Source: Bdellovibrionales bacterium (GTDB lineage Bacteria > Bdellovibrionota > Bdellovibrionia > Bdellovibrionales > JAGQZY01). Taken from it: a stretch of 64,000 nucleotides of DNA. Below, one piece after another: positions 8,182 through 17,346 of the stretch. Where the stretch lies: the NCBI GenBank assembly GCA_043757265.1, contig JAYUQP010000040.1, forward strand, positions 142,094-206,093, read 5' to 3'. Both the position numbers and the translations under genes were made by a program. The notes beneath the pieces were generated by a model, which did no database searches, was not told the origin of the DNA, and saw only the letters and a program-made list of their open reading frames with translations. Numbering within the stretch: the stretch's first letter is position 1; each line of letters begins with the position of its first letter.

Positions 8182-9918
8182 TTGTTTTTAGTTTCGGTAG
8201 AATGGGCCGTGGCTGAGACAAAATACGAACAAAAAATTGAATCGCTTAAAAAGGTTGTGGCAGATTTTCCGCTCAACCCCGGCGTGTATTTGATGAAAAA
8301 TGCGGACACCAAAATCATCTATGTGGGCAAGGCCAAGGAGCTTCGCAATCGTGTTCGCAGTTACTTTCAAAAAAATCATGAAAGTCCAAAAACAACGTTT
8401 TTGGTCCGCAATATTTTTCATATCGAATACATCGTTACAAAAACCGAGGTCGAAGCGCTTCTCTTAGAGGCCACGCTGATTAAAAAACATCGCCCGCGCT
8501 ACAACATCCGCCTCAAAGACGATAAATCCTATCCGTATCTAAGGCTTTCCATTAAGGATAAATTCCCGCGATTTTATTTAGCACGCAAAGTGAAGCGCGA
8601 TGGATCGATTTATTTTGGGCCTTATCAAAGCGGGCAGGTGGTTTACGACACCATTGAGTTTTTAAATAATATTTACAAACTTCGCGATTGCACAGATCCG
8701 TTTTTTAAGTCGCGCAAACGACCATGTATCTCATATGATATTGGAAAGTGTTCAGCGCCGTGCGTGGAAGTCATAAGCCAAGAAGATTACCGTCAATCCA
8801 TTAAGACGGCCCAGGGTTTTTTTAAAAATAAAAATTCTAAACTTTTGAAAACTCTCGAAGGACAGATGCAGGGTTTGGCAGATCAGGAAAAATTCGAACT
8901 CGCTGCCCGTGTACGCGACAGCCTCAAAGCCATCCAGCGCGTTCTCGAAAAGCAATCGGTGATCAATACCGATATGGAAAAAGATCAAGACGTGTTTAGT
9001 TTTTACGGCGATCAGCGAGGAACCTTGATTTGCTCTTTACATCTTCGTCAGGGGGCTGTGATTGGCCAAAAAGGGCAGTTTTTTCCGCTGCTTGATTCCT
9101 CATCGCCGGATGAGGACGTGCGCGACTGGCTGATGACATTTCTCAATCAGTACTACGCAGAGAATGTTGTGCCTGATGAAATCCTCCTCCCACTCGATAT
9201 TGGTTTTGATTTGCGTAAACTTTTGGGAGAAGTCCTTAAACTTTATTCGGATAAGCCAGCCGATATTATCTTTCCGACAAGTCATATCGGTCGAAAGCTT
9301 TTGGAGATGGCGCATACCAATGCCGAAAAGAAGTTTCAAAATCACGTGACGAAAAACGAAGAAAAAAAACAAGCGCTCGATTTAATTCAGGAGAAATTAC
9401 AGCTTCCACAATATCCCCGACGCATCGAATGCTATGATATTTCCACATTTCAGGGACAGGAAACTGTGGCGTCGCAGGTGGTGTTCGAAGATGGCGTGCC
9501 GAATAAAGATCAATACCGCCGCTACAAAATCAAATCCTTTGCCGGCATGAACGATTTTGAAGCCATGAAGGAAGTTCTGTCACGCAGACTTAAACATGAC
9601 GAGTGGGAAGAGCCGCATCTTATTGTTGTAGATGGTGGCAAGGGGCAGCTAAAATTTGCTATGGAGGCTTTAAAGGATCTTGATAAGCAGCACATTCCCA
9701 TCGTCGGGCTTGCGAAGGAGAGAACAAGGGGAAAATTTGAAGACGAGGGTATCGAAAAAACTCAGGAACGCTTTTATTTACCAAATAGAGCGAACCCAGT
9801 GATTTTTGCTTCGAACTCCGAGGCGTTTCGCATCTTAGTCAGTTTGCGCGACGAGGCCCATCGCTTCGCCATCACGTTCCATCGCGAGCTCCGCGACAAA
9901 GCATTCCTTCCGGAATAA
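8182..9918 (+). CDS. uvrC: Excinuclease ABC subunit C
   Basis: GIY-YIG N-terminus (PGVYLMKNADTKIIYVGKAKELRNRVRSYF), UvrBC-interaction region and C-terminal RNaseH-like/HhH region. The start is uncertain: TTG 8182 or GTG 8209. Confidence 0.95.
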   Translation: MFLVSVEWAVAETKYEQKIESLKKVVADFPLNPGVYLMKNADTKIIYVGKAKELRNRVRSYFQKNHESPKTTFLVRNIFHIEYIVTKTEVEALLLEATLIKKHRPRYNIRLKDDKSYPYLRLSIKDKFPRFYLARKVKRDGSIYFGPYQSGQVVYDTIEFLNNIYKLRDCTDPFFKSRKRPCISYDIGKCSAPCVEVISQEDYRQSIKTAQGFFKNKNSKLLKTLEGQMQGLADQEKFELAARVRDSLKAIQRVLEKQSVINTDMEKDQDVFSFYGDQRGTLICSLHLRQGAVIGQKGQFFPLLDSSSPDEDVRDWLMTFLNQYYAENVVPDEILLPLDIGFDLRKLLGEVLKLYSDKPADIIFPTSHIGRKLLEMAHTNAEKKFQNHVTKNEEKKQALDLIQEKLQLPQYPRRIECYDISTFQGQETVASQVVFEDGVPNKDQYRRYKIKSFAGMNDFEAMKEVLSRRLKHDEWEEPHLIVVDGGKGQLKFAMEALKDLDKQHIPIVGLAKERTRGKFEDEGIEKTQERFYLPNRANPVIFASNSEAFRILVSLRDEAHRFAITFHRELRDKAFLPE

Positions 9919-9934
9919 AAGGTGCCCGTACCTT
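9919..9934. repeat. Degenerate copy of the AAGGTACGSCGTACCTT palindrome
   Basis: aaggtgcccgtacctt lies immediately after the uvrC stop. It is one base shorter than the 17-mers at 27495..27511 and 27660..27676. Confidence 0.5.
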
Positions 9935-9978
9935 ATTCAATGCATTCGGTCGCAAAAGGATCGGCTTACCCTTTTGTG

Positions 9979-10012
9979 AAAAAAAAGCGTACTCGGAGGT
10001 ACGCCTTTTTTT
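9979..10012. terminator. Bidirectional rho-independent terminator between convergent genes
   Basis: aaaaaaaa-gcgtac-tcggag-gtacgc-c-ttttttt. Confidence 0.7.
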
Positions 10013-10050
10013 GTTTTGAACTAATCCCTAAGCAGGACTTGAAAATTCTT

Positions 10051-10968
10051 TTACTTCTTAGGAACGCTTGTAGTGCCGCGTTTTGCTTTTGCGTCTTTGG
10101 TGTCCGCACTTGTCGGCCGTGCGCCGCCGAGGGAATCTCCAAGCTCGTCATTGCCGTATCCGCTGCCACTCCCGCTGCCGCTGTAACCGAGAGGTGATTG
10201 CGGATCTTCAATGTGCCTTGCAAGTTCGTCACACTGGTTGGAATCAGTGGGGCCGTAGATCTGTTCACGTCCGCTTCGGCCGTTTGCATTGCCGCCGGTA
10301 CCACTTCCGTAACCGCAACCGCCGTCATCGTTGTTAACGTCGCAGTTGTTTCCGCTACCAAACCAACTGTTGTTGTTGCAGTTGTTGTTGTGCTGACGGT
10401 TCATAAAAAAGCCACCAAGTATGAGGCCTGCTAGTGCACCTTTGCCAGCCGCTCCGGGAGGGCCAAACAAGTAAGCCAAGCCGCCAAGGGCCGCCGCACC
10501 TGCAAACGCGCTTTGCATGTTGAACCGAGCATGGGCTTTAAAGAACAGCGAAAAATCGGCCGATGTTTTTTTGCAGCCGATTTGAGCGCAAATCCCTAAA
10601 AATATTTCTTGCGCCGATTGGCGGTTGAGCGAAACTTTTTTACCATTTACGGTGAGCGTGTCTTTTCCGTAGATGATAAAGTTTTCTTTATCAAAATAAA
10701 CTTTGTCGCCTTTGTGCATAGCCTTAGGAAATTTTGATTTTAAATCCACACCAAGCTTAACGAGTTCAGCGCGAACTTTTTCGATGTCATCCTTACTGCC
10801 AACATACCCAAGCCACGTGATATAATCACCGACAGACTTAAATGAATTGAGCGCATTGGCAGTTGCCATGGCGGCAAACTGAGGTTGTGGTAACTGCTTT
10901 GGTGCTGCAATCACCGGCGAAGCAAAGAGGGAGAGTAGTAGTATCCTTAAAAAGAAACGTGACAACAT
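10051..10968 (-). CDS. Secreted/membrane protein with glycine-zipper segment and Asn/Gly/Cys-rich tail (unknown function)
   Basis: Trimmed to ATG 10968 (RBS aaggaaagga). Signal peptide MLSRFFLRILLLSLFASPVIAA, a hydrophobic G/A-rich stretch AFAGAAALGGLAYLFGPPGAAGKGALAGLILGGFF, then NNNCNNNSWFGSGNNCDVNNDDGGCGYGSGTGG...GYSGSGSGSGYG. Confidence 0.6.
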   Translation of the reverse strand: MLSRFFLRILLLSLFASPVIAAPKQLPQPQFAAMATANALNSFKSVGDYITWLGYVGSKDDIEKVRAELVKLGVDLKSKFPKAMHKGDKVYFDKENFIIYGKDTLTVNGKKVSLNRQSAQEIFLGICAQIGCKKTSADFSLFFKAHARFNMQSAFAGAAALGGLAYLFGPPGAAGKGALAGLILGGFFMNRQHNNNCNNNSWFGSGNNCDVNNDDGGCGYGSGTGGNANGRSGREQIYGPTDSNQCDELARHIEDPQSPLGYSGSGSGSGYGNDELGDSLGGARPTSADTKDAKAKRGTTSVPKK

Positions 10969-11070
10969 AAGAGTCCTTTCCTTGAAGTCCAACCACATCA
11001 TAGCAATAGAATTCAAAAAGCGAATCTCAACTTTGGTCTAGATTCCGTCTAGGACAGGAGTGTGTTCCCA

Positions 11071-11236
11071 CCGTCATCCTGAGCGCAGCGAAGGATCTCG
11101 TCTCCACACCACAATTGGCGTCTGAAATCATCCTTAGAACGACTCTATTGCCGAAAACATCACTGCATTGAGGCAGATGCAGCTTTTAGAGGTCCGTTAT
11201 GCGGAGGAAGATTCTTCGCTTCGCTCAGAATGACGG
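11071..11236. repeat. MITE-like element: 27-bp terminal inverted repeats around a 112-bp core
   Basis: Left arm ccgtcatcctgagcgcagcgaaggatc (11071..11097). The reverse complement of the right arm (11210..11236) is ccgtcattctgagcgaagcgaagaatc, matching 24/27. A related solo copy sits at 5755..5782. Confidence 0.55.
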
Positions 11237-11287
11237 ATTGGACTGCAAGCTCTATTCCGTTCGTCCAGAGCGGAACGTACCTTTTTG

Positions 11288-11941
11288 TTATAATGTGGCG
11301 TAAGTGAACCGCGAGGTCTTGATCGACGGAGGCAGTGACCAACGGTTGGCGAAATCCTCGGGAAAATCAATTTGGATGGCTCGCAAAGCAATGCCTGGCT
11401 CGCTCCAAGTTTGCTTGGATCCATAGAGTGAATCTCCAAGGATGGGGGCGTCGTGACGGGCCAGCTCAAAGCGCAACTGATGCGAACGCCCGGTGATAGG
11501 TTGCAAGCGCCACTCTAAAAAGTTTTTGCCTGATGCGATTGGTGTAGCTTGAGTAATGGATTCCTTGCCATGGGCAGCTTCAAAAGAACGTTTTTTTCCT
11601 CGCCAGATTTTGCAAGTCCACTTCATTGGTTTGTTCAAATCGAAATTGCGCAACTCAGTAAACGCCTGATACGTTTTTTGGATCGTTTTCTCTTCAAAAA
11701 GGAAACTCGCATCTTTATGAAATTCAGGTGTGAGACCAAACAGAATAAGACCGCTCACTTCCGCGTCCAATCGATGAACTGGGAAAATTTTTTGTGCTAG
11801 TTTTTGCTCAAGTATTTTTCCAAGAACAGGGCGTTGATCGTCAGGACTGCGCCCAGGGATAGAAAGCCACTGCGCTGGTTTATCGACAATCACCGCATGT
11901 TGGTTTTGAAATACAAGATTGAGTGAAAGGTCTGCTGCCAT
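11288..11941 (-). CDS. RluA-family pseudouridine synthase
   Basis: 217 aa. Catalytic motif HRLDAEVSGLILFG, and the C-terminal GRSHQLR block is typical of the RluA family. Confidence 0.85.
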   Translation of the reverse strand: MAADLSLNLVFQNQHAVIVDKPAQWLSIPGRSPDDQRPVLGKILEQKLAQKIFPVHRLDAEVSGLILFGLTPEFHKDASFLFEEKTIQKTYQAFTELRNFDLNKPMKWTCKIWRGKKRSFEAAHGKESITQATPIASGKNFLEWRLQPITGRSHQLRFELARHDAPILGDSLYGSKQTWSEPGIALRAIQIDFPEDFANRWSLPPSIKTSRFTYATL

Positions 11942-11978
11942 GATTTTCTTTTCTAAAATTTGTGTCTAAGATTCTTTT

Positions 11979-12545
11979 TTAGTATTCATAACTCAGAATA
12001 CCCGCTGGCTCGGAACTCAAGAATTTGTCGAGAACATCCAGTTTTATATCGATGATATTTTGGGGAAGACCTGATTTTTTTAAAAAGTCTTTGGCCTTCG
12101 AAGTATCAAAGAGAGGAGCAGAAGTCTGCAGATCTAGCCCTACCGAAAAGGTTTCGAAAACTCGTTGTGCGGATGCTAGTGGAGGAGCTCTTTTCAGATA
12201 AACGTTGCATTGAACCTGACTTGCATTGTCCGTGCAGGTTGCCGTCATCTCGTTTGCTTCCCACAGAGAAACGCCCGTGTCTTCGTTGCCACTGATGCGT
12301 TTGAAATCTACACGCAGGCCGGGATCGCCAGTCAGCGCTTTGGGGAAGATATATGAAATTTCGGCGGTGGAAACGCCGGTATACGGCTTAACAATTTCAA
12401 CTTCGAAGCGTGAGTGTTCCACAAGATTCTCTTCCGTGGGGACAATATAGCTCGCTGTCGTTTTGCTGCCGTCTGCGTAGGAGAAGGAGGTTCCAAAGAC
12501 AAAAAGAAAAATAAAGAGGGAGTTCTTGGAAAAAATATTTTTCAT
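11979..12545 (-). CDS. Hypothetical secreted protein
   Basis: 188 aa, RBS aaggag, signal peptide MKNIFSKNSLFIFLFVFGTSFSYA. I recognised no family. Confidence 0.6.
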   Translation of the reverse strand: MKNIFSKNSLFIFLFVFGTSFSYADGSKTTASYIVPTEENLVEHSRFEVEIVKPYTGVSTAEISYIFPKALTGDPGLRVDFKRISGNEDTGVSLWEANEMTATCTDNASQVQCNVYLKRAPPLASAQRVFETFSVGLDLQTSAPLFDTSKAKDFLKKSGLPQNIIDIKLDVLDKFLSSEPAGILSYEY

Positions 12546-12580
12546 GAAGGCTCCTTGAAGAGGCGTATGCTGATGCCGGG

Positions 12581-14419
12581 TTATAAAAGATAACGAGTGG
12601 CGCGACCTTGCCCAATGCGAGAGACAATACCTAACTCATGCAATTTTGACAAGTCACGTGTCGCAGTTGGTTTGGAAACAAGCAACTTTGTAGAAAGTTC
12701 CTGCACAGATATGGACGAATCGTTTTTTAAATAATCCAAGATTTGGAGCTGTCTAAAGTTTAAGTCCTTTAGATATTTAGCCCATTTGGGCGGAATGCGA
12801 ACGCGCGTGGGTTTTGCGTGGGATGAAGTCCGAGATGCATCTTTTGCTACAACGGAAAGCTTTAGATTGTTTTTGATGATCACCTTCACCGATCGACTAA
12901 GGCTATAGCCCTCCTCGGTCAGTTGCACCCAATCGGCATGGGGGTTTAAGAGATGGCGAATCTTATTGATAGACGAATACACAAGGGAGTCATGACGAAG
13001 GGGATCGTAATCATAACCCCAAACTTCCCGAACTAGAACTTCCTTCGATTTCGGCGCATCTTTGAGAAGTGTTAAAATTTTTCGCAAAACCGAATTTAAG
13101 CTTTTCGACTTCAGAAATACGTTTCCTTTATCCAATAAAATCAAAGTGCCGGGAAGAAGATCGAAGATTAAAGACTGAGTTCCAAAGGGCAAGTTGTAGC
13201 ACTTGTGTAAAAGTCCATGATATCCACTCTTTAAAACCATCTCGGGGGCCTTGGCGTTCCCTGTCGCGACCTCGTCGAGGAGATCGCCAATAGGGTCTTC
13301 GCCCTTAGAGAAGGTGTGCGATTTTTTCGACATTCGCGCCAACATTTTTTTGTGCACAGTGCTTTGTGATTGATTGGATTTCGCATTCAGTTCCATAAAA
13401 AGGTGATCAGATTCCTGAGTCTTCTTGAGTTCCTTTAGCACCTTGATTTTCAAGCCGCTTATTTGCATCCATAAATTAAGATCTATCGTCTGATTCACAT
13501 TCTGTTCAGCAAATCGCAATATATGTAAAGCTTGGGTGTAATTTGCCTGCAGATAAAGAACATAACTCATGCGCACATTGAATAATGCCATCTGCCGACG
13601 ATTTTGACTTTTGTAAATGATATCTGACGCTTTTTCGACAGTCTGCTCAGCTTTGGTAAACTGCCCTCGTAAGATGTACTGACGAATCATTTCAAGCAGA
13701 AGCTCGCCCTTTGAGTACACGTCGCGGGTTTCGATTTTATCTAAAGCCTCTTCCAAGGGAATCAAACTTTTATCGAGTTGGAGGCCAAATTGATATTTAA
13801 ACTTTAGCACTGCAATCTCGATGGTCGGTGCCAACCAACACCTGTGCTTTTTCGCCAGACGAAGAGTTTCGGCAAAATATCGTAGACCTAGATGCACGTG
13901 CCCCGTTTGCACCAGGGAGTGGGCGAGGAGTTCTTTACTCAGCATTTCACCGAACAAAAAATCATCGGCAACGGCATTCGAAAAAGCCAGTTCAGCGTAC
14001 TTTTTCCCTTGTGAAAACCGCCCGCAAAAAAACCGGTAAAACGCAATGCCTTGGTAGATAAAAAACTTTTGGCGAGGTTCGGCACGACCACCACGAGTTT
14101 TTAGGTAAAGCAAATTCTCCACCAAAAGGCTGCGACCTTCGTTGTATTGAGAGTTGCGAATCAATCCAAGAGCGAGATAAAAACGGCAAGCACACATGGG
14201 GGATGCTGAAAGAGATTTTTTTCTAAAAAGTATCAGTGCCTTCTCAAGTTGCCCGCTAAAAACAAGACTTCCTATCCAGTACGGAAAAAGCTCGGCGTTA
14301 TTTTGCAATGTTTTATGCCCGTCGAACGTATCGCTGACTTCGGTAAAACGACCGGAAATAAAAAGGTCTTGAATCTTGTGAGTGTATAATTCCTTCAAAG
14401 TGGCCCCCCTTAAACACAC
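12581..14419 (-). CDS. Transcriptional regulator: TPR-like N-terminal region + OmpR/PhoB-type winged helix + second wHTH
   Basis: 612 aa. About 400 aa of helical repeats; then EVLVREVWGYDYDPLRHDSLVYSSINKIRHLL (Trans_reg_C-like); then ISVQELSTKLLVSKPTATRDLSKLHELGIVSRIGQGRATRYLL (DeoR/MarR-like wHTH). The GTG start sits very close to an AGGAGG, so the start is uncertain. Confidence 0.7.
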   Translation of the reverse strand: MCLRGATLKELYTHKIQDLFISGRFTEVSDTFDGHKTLQNNAELFPYWIGSLVFSGQLEKALILFRKKSLSASPMCACRFYLALGLIRNSQYNEGRSLLVENLLYLKTRGGRAEPRQKFFIYQGIAFYRFFCGRFSQGKKYAELAFSNAVADDFLFGEMLSKELLAHSLVQTGHVHLGLRYFAETLRLAKKHRCWLAPTIEIAVLKFKYQFGLQLDKSLIPLEEALDKIETRDVYSKGELLLEMIRQYILRGQFTKAEQTVEKASDIIYKSQNRRQMALFNVRMSYVLYLQANYTQALHILRFAEQNVNQTIDLNLWMQISGLKIKVLKELKKTQESDHLFMELNAKSNQSQSTVHKKMLARMSKKSHTFSKGEDPIGDLLDEVATGNAKAPEMVLKSGYHGLLHKCYNLPFGTQSLIFDLLPGTLILLDKGNVFLKSKSLNSVLRKILTLLKDAPKSKEVLVREVWGYDYDPLRHDSLVYSSINKIRHLLNPHADWVQLTEEGYSLSRSVKVIIKNNLKLSVVAKDASRTSSHAKPTRVRIPPKWAKYLKDLNFRQLQILDYLKNDSSISVQELSTKLLVSKPTATRDLSKLHELGIVSRIGQGRATRYLL

Positions 14420-14577
14420 CTCCTATTTACGAATTTGAGGAGCTATGTTATCGTCTTTCGAGTTTGTTGCATGATTCGATTGTAAAGATCAAATCAAATC
14501 GCATCAAAAGCGTGAGAGAGTGTAGGTCGATATTTAGGGGTAAATGGTCGATTTTAGGTTCAAGGGGGGCAAATTCC

Positions 14578-15342
14578 ATGAAGCTTATCAAGTGTTTGTT
14601 AGTCGTACTGATTCCATTTATGGTGGCCTGTTCAGCGGAACACAACAACGTGAGTGGTACTGGAGAAGATGGCCTCGGCAAAGCTCCGGTATGTGAACCC
14701 GGCACTGTGGTTGCTAACTGTACAGCTCCCGATCCTGGCGTCGATCCAACCGATCCCGTGCCACGACCAGTGGTTCTGGAACCAAATTACGAGTCATTGC
14801 GCAAAGAAATTTTTGTTAGCCAATGTTTGGGCTGTCACAATAGTAGTGGAATTTTTAGTTCGTACGATTTTTCTACCTACGAATCTATCACGAGTTACCA
14901 AAAACTTTTCGCGCTTCCAGCGGACGGGTCCGACAGCCGTTTTGTGCACTCGCTAGTCACGGGAAAAATGCCGCGGGAAAAACCACCCCTTCCGCCCGAA
15001 CAAATCGAAGTGATTCGACAATGGGTGGCACTTGGCCTGCCAAAGACGGCCGCGACAGTGCCTGCCAATTGCGATTTGATTGATTTTGCAACGGTGAATA
15101 CTCAGGTGTTTGAAAGCAGTTGTACGCGCTGTCACGACTTTTCATCAAAACTCGATCTTCAGTCTTACGCCAATATCAAACAGCATTTATCAAAAGTGCA
15201 ATGGGCGATAGCAAATGACAAAATGCCTCCCAAAAAGCCATTATCACCAGAGTTAAAAGACCTTGTTATTAAGTGGATCGATCAAGGCGCGCCGGAAACT
15301 GTCGTCATGCCTGCGACGTGCGAAACAAAGGACAATCCATAG
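14578..15342 (+). CDS. Dihaem c-type cytochrome lipoprotein (PSCyt1-like repeats)
   Basis: Trimmed to ATG 14578 (RBS aagggggg). Lipobox MKLIKCLLVVLIPFMVAC. Two repeats each carry CxxCH and a downstream MP: CLGCHN...GKMPREKPPL and CTRCHD...DKMPPKKPL. Confidence 0.7.
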   Translation: MKLIKCLLVVLIPFMVACSAEHNNVSGTGEDGLGKAPVCEPGTVVANCTAPDPGVDPTDPVPRPVVLEPNYESLRKEIFVSQCLGCHNSSGIFSSYDFSTYESITSYQKLFALPADGSDSRFVHSLVTGKMPREKPPLPPEQIEVIRQWVALGLPKTAATVPANCDLIDFATVNTQVFESSCTRCHDFSSKLDLQSYANIKQHLSKVQWAIANDKMPPKKPLSPELKDLVIKWIDQGAPETVVMPATCETKDNP

Positions 15343-15362
15343 CACTCGATAAAGAGCGCAAG

Positions 15363-16208
15363 CTAAAGGTAATGAATAACTTTATGCTTAATTAAATCGA
15401 AAACGTCACCCGATGCTAGCACATGGAGTTTTGCATTGTGCAGGGACATCGTTCGTTGGGCTTGAGCCTCGGAAATATTTGAATAAGTGATCGAAGAACC
15501 ATCGACCACGTAAACGGCGTTTGTGCCAATAATTTCCATTTCATTGCCCACGACGACGAGGGCGGTGTCTTCGTCAATGCCGATGCCCAGTATACCAGGA
15601 TTGAGGGCAACAGCTCCTAGGAGTCGACCGATTCTTCCGCGTTGTGCAAAGTGCTGATCAATCAAAACCTTTGAGATGAATCCCAAGCCTGGTTGCATGG
15701 CGCAGCTTCCAACTTTGTGAGACTCCCGGCCTTCGCTTGAAACAAGCATCGTTTGTCCCATCACTGATGCTCCAGCAGACGTCCCGGCAATTAAACCGCC
15801 ACCGCGAAAAATTTCTTCGATCCGAAACGCTGTGGGCGAACCCCCAATTTTGGTTGTTATCTTTAATTGATCACCACCGGTGAAAAAGATACTTCGAGCT
15901 CCTTTGAAAAGCTCAAGGTTTTCGGGTTTTCGGGCATCGGCCGGTTCCTCGCAGCGAAAGTGCACAATATCTTTGAGCCCAAGTTCACGAAAGGCTCGAT
16001 TGTAGGTCTCCCACATTTTTTCAGCAACCGTACTCGCAGCCGTCACCACGACTAGACGGCTGCCGTGACTCCTGCTTGCCACCTCTTTCAATATTGTCAT
16101 ATCGTGAGTTTTATCTTCGCCTCCACCAATGATGATAAGAGTTCCAGTGGTTTTAGTTTCAGCTTTTTTTTGTTTTTTAGTTTTCCGTTTGCGCGGTTTT
16201 AATTCCAT
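15363..16208 (-). CDS. cphB: Cyanophycinase (peptidase S51), no signal peptide
   Basis: 281 aa with LIIIGGGEDK, FFTGGDQ, GTSAGASVM and IDQHF blocks. The Lys-rich N-terminus overlaps the iadA 3' end by 32 nt. Confidence 0.9.
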   Translation of the reverse strand: MELKPRKRKTKKQKKAETKTTGTLIIIGGGEDKTHDMTILKEVASRSHGSRLVVVTAASTVAEKMWETYNRAFRELGLKDIVHFRCEEPADARKPENLELFKGARSIFFTGGDQLKITTKIGGSPTAFRIEEIFRGGGLIAGTSAGASVMGQTMLVSSEGRESHKVGSCAMQPGLGFISKVLIDQHFAQRGRIGRLLGAVALNPGILGIGIDEDTALVVVGNEMEIIGTNAVYVVDGSSITYSNISEAQAQRTMSLHNAKLHVLASGDVFDLIKHKVIHYL

Positions 16209-17346
16209 AAATATCCCATCCTCTCCGTGTGAGGTTTACTTCGCGGTCAAAGGTGTTCTTTCCATCTCGCTTAAAAAACTTTCCTCGAGCCATCACATGC
16301 TTTATCTGCAGATCCGTTTTATCAAACATGAGGAGATCAGCATCCATATGTGTCGCAATCTTACCTTTCGCTTCAAGACCGAGAACTTGGGCAGCGTTTT
16401 GCGAAAAATGCTGGTAGATCTCGGAGATTTCGAGTCCGCCTTTTAAGCAAGTTTCGGTCAGCACTGACCAAAGCTCGCTCGGGGAGGGGACACCCCCATC
16501 CGATGATATAGTTAAGCGATCAGCCGGGCCGCCGAGCCTTTTAAATAACAGATAATTTCTCAAAATATTCGGATCGTAGATATCAAAGTCTATATAAACT
16601 CCGCGCTTCGCGAGCTCAGCGGCTTCCTCGATCAATTTTTCAGATCGCTCGAGATGTGTTAGATAGATTTTTTCTGGCAGAATGCTATGTGTTTCGAGAA
16701 GGTCGCGGATCGTCTGTAGCCGTCGGTCACCGGGTCCCACATGAAAATGGCTGACTCCAGCTTTACCGCTCAAAATCCCGCCGACGTAGGCATCCACACA
16801 GGCGCGCGCTAGCGAATCGAGAGATGGTTCTGGAGCTCGTCGGTCGGCAATAGCAATTTCACCAACGCCAATGATTTCGGAAATAAAAAGAAGATCATCT
16901 CGCACATTGCCAGTTATTGTTTTTGGCGGAATATCATAGCCGCCAACGTAGCAATAGGCCGAAATCCCAATGTGATTAAAAGCCTTCACTTTGGCCAGTA
17001 AGTCAGACATCGTTTTTGTCGAAGTGTCCACACCCAGCGTTCCCACAGTTGTCGTAACACCGCCATCGATGAACTCACAAAGCGAGATCGGTGGGCTTTG
17101 CGAATGAAAACCTTTTTCTCCGCTTCCACCAGATAAATGATTATGGGGGTCGATGATTCCAGGAGCGATATGCAGGTTTTCGCAATCAATGATTTCCAAA
17201 ACGTCTTTTAATTTGTGTTCTAACTGTCGGTAAACGGAAAGGTCTGCCTGTCCCACCCAGGTTATCTTTTCGCCCGCGATCAAAATGTCTAGCTTTTGAA
17301 AAATTCCCTCAAATAAAATATTTGCACCACTGAGAAGATAAATCAT
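16177..17346 (-). CDS. iadA: Isoaspartyl (beta-aspartyl) dipeptidase
   Basis: Amidohydrolase with PGIIDPHNHLSGGSGE, GVGEIAIADRRAPEP, VSHFHVGPG and ISSDGG, colinear with E. coli IadA. ATG 17346 overlaps the cphA stop (TAATG); the alternative ATG 17388 would overlap cphA by 43 nt. Confidence 0.85.
   Translation of the reverse strand: MIYLLSGANILFEGIFQKLDILIAGEKITWVGQADLSVYRQLEHKLKDVLEIIDCENLHIAPGIIDPHNHLSGGSGEKGFHSQSPPISLCEFIDGGVTTTVGTLGVDTSTKTMSDLLAKVKAFNHIGISAYCYVGGYDIPPKTITGNVRDDLLFISEIIGVGEIAIADRRAPEPSLDSLARACVDAYVGGILSGKAGVSHFHVGPGDRRLQTIRDLLETHSILPEKIYLTHLERSEKLIEEAAELAKRGVYIDFDIYDPNILRNYLLFKRLGGPADRLTISSDGGVPSPSELWSVLTETCLKGGLEISEIYQHFSQNAAQVLGLEAKGKIATHMDADLLMFDKTDLQIKHVMARGKFFKRDGKNTFDREVNLTRRGWDIYGIKTAQTEN

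Noticed and set aside
11160-11469. ORFs 11160..11342 and 11197..11469
   Set aside because: They run across the MITE-like inverted repeats and are translations of the repeat (…RHSERSEESS…), not genes.
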